The notes beneath the pieces are model-generated. The model was not told the DNA's origin. It saw only the letters and a list, made by a program, of their open reading frames with translations, and searched no databases. A DNA stretch of 63,903 bases, filler included, from Kipferlia bialata (taxonomy: Eukaryota), in the NCBI GenBank assembly GCA_003568945.1. It is 6 parts of 6 records of this genome, joined end to end, with 100 filler letters (N's around TTAATTAATTAA, not from the genome) between each part and the next. Parts side by side here need not be neighbours in the genome. Positions count along the whole stretch, not along the records: positions 61,984 to 63,903 come from BDIP01001080.1; 5 more parts are not named here. One strand, given 5' to 3'. Position numbers and translations under genes: made by a program. Positions 63,893 through 63,903 of this stretch are shown here, piece after piece (position 1 is the stretch's first letter; every line of letters begins with the position of its first letter).

Positions 63893-63903
63893 CGCCCCCC
63901 CGC

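Noticed and set aside
63849..63903. Long poly-C/poly-G runs at contig ends
   Set aside because: Homopolymers at which the assembly breaks; lengths unreliable and no evidence of function.
1..63903. Numerous 60-130 aa ORFs rich in YI, SL, ER or CV dipeptides; tRNA, rRNA or transposase genes
   Set aside because: The ORFs are translations of intronic (TA)n, (CT)n, (GA)n and (TG)n microsatellites. No RNA gene or mobile-element protein could be recognised by eye.

Overview
Intron-rich eukaryotic (protist) genomic DNA, not a continuous locus. Six contigs (1-13383, 13484-26864, 26965-40323, 40424-53779, 53880-61883, 61984-63903) are joined by artificial 100-nt N44-TTAATTAATTAA-N44 linkers. Short GT-AG introns packed with (CT)n/(TA)n microsatellites, and a branch-point-like CTRAC/CTCAC fused to the 3' AG, suggest a free-living fornicate such as Kipferlia bialata (inference, not verified). 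Most ORFs in the supplied track are intron read-through or shadow ORFs, so genes were rebuilt by manual splicing and internal exon boundaries are approximate. Recognisable genes: TRM2/TRMT2-type tRNA m5U54 methyltransferase, class IV aminotransferase, Rae1/Bub3-like WD40, PSI-repeat membrane protein, a degenerate hybrid histidine-kinase-like protein, PQ-loop transporter, bacterial-type SDR fragment, ubiquitin-eL40 (UBA52), WW-less Pin1-type parvulin, exocyst Sec6, CFAP73/CCDC42, EGF plus multi-TM protein, RPL14, SF3B4, PH-domain protein, 26/29-kDa-type cathepsin L-like protease, RGLG-type copine vWA, kelch-like propeller, a saposin-like protein absent from the ORF track, and a WD40 protein. 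The most striking unexplained structure is a window-wide pattern of 'exon echoes': diverged partial exon copies, each carrying its splice site, stacked inside adjacent introns with consistent polarity and absent from the compact housekeeping genes. Also notable is a palindromic motif shared upstream of both ribosomal protein genes.
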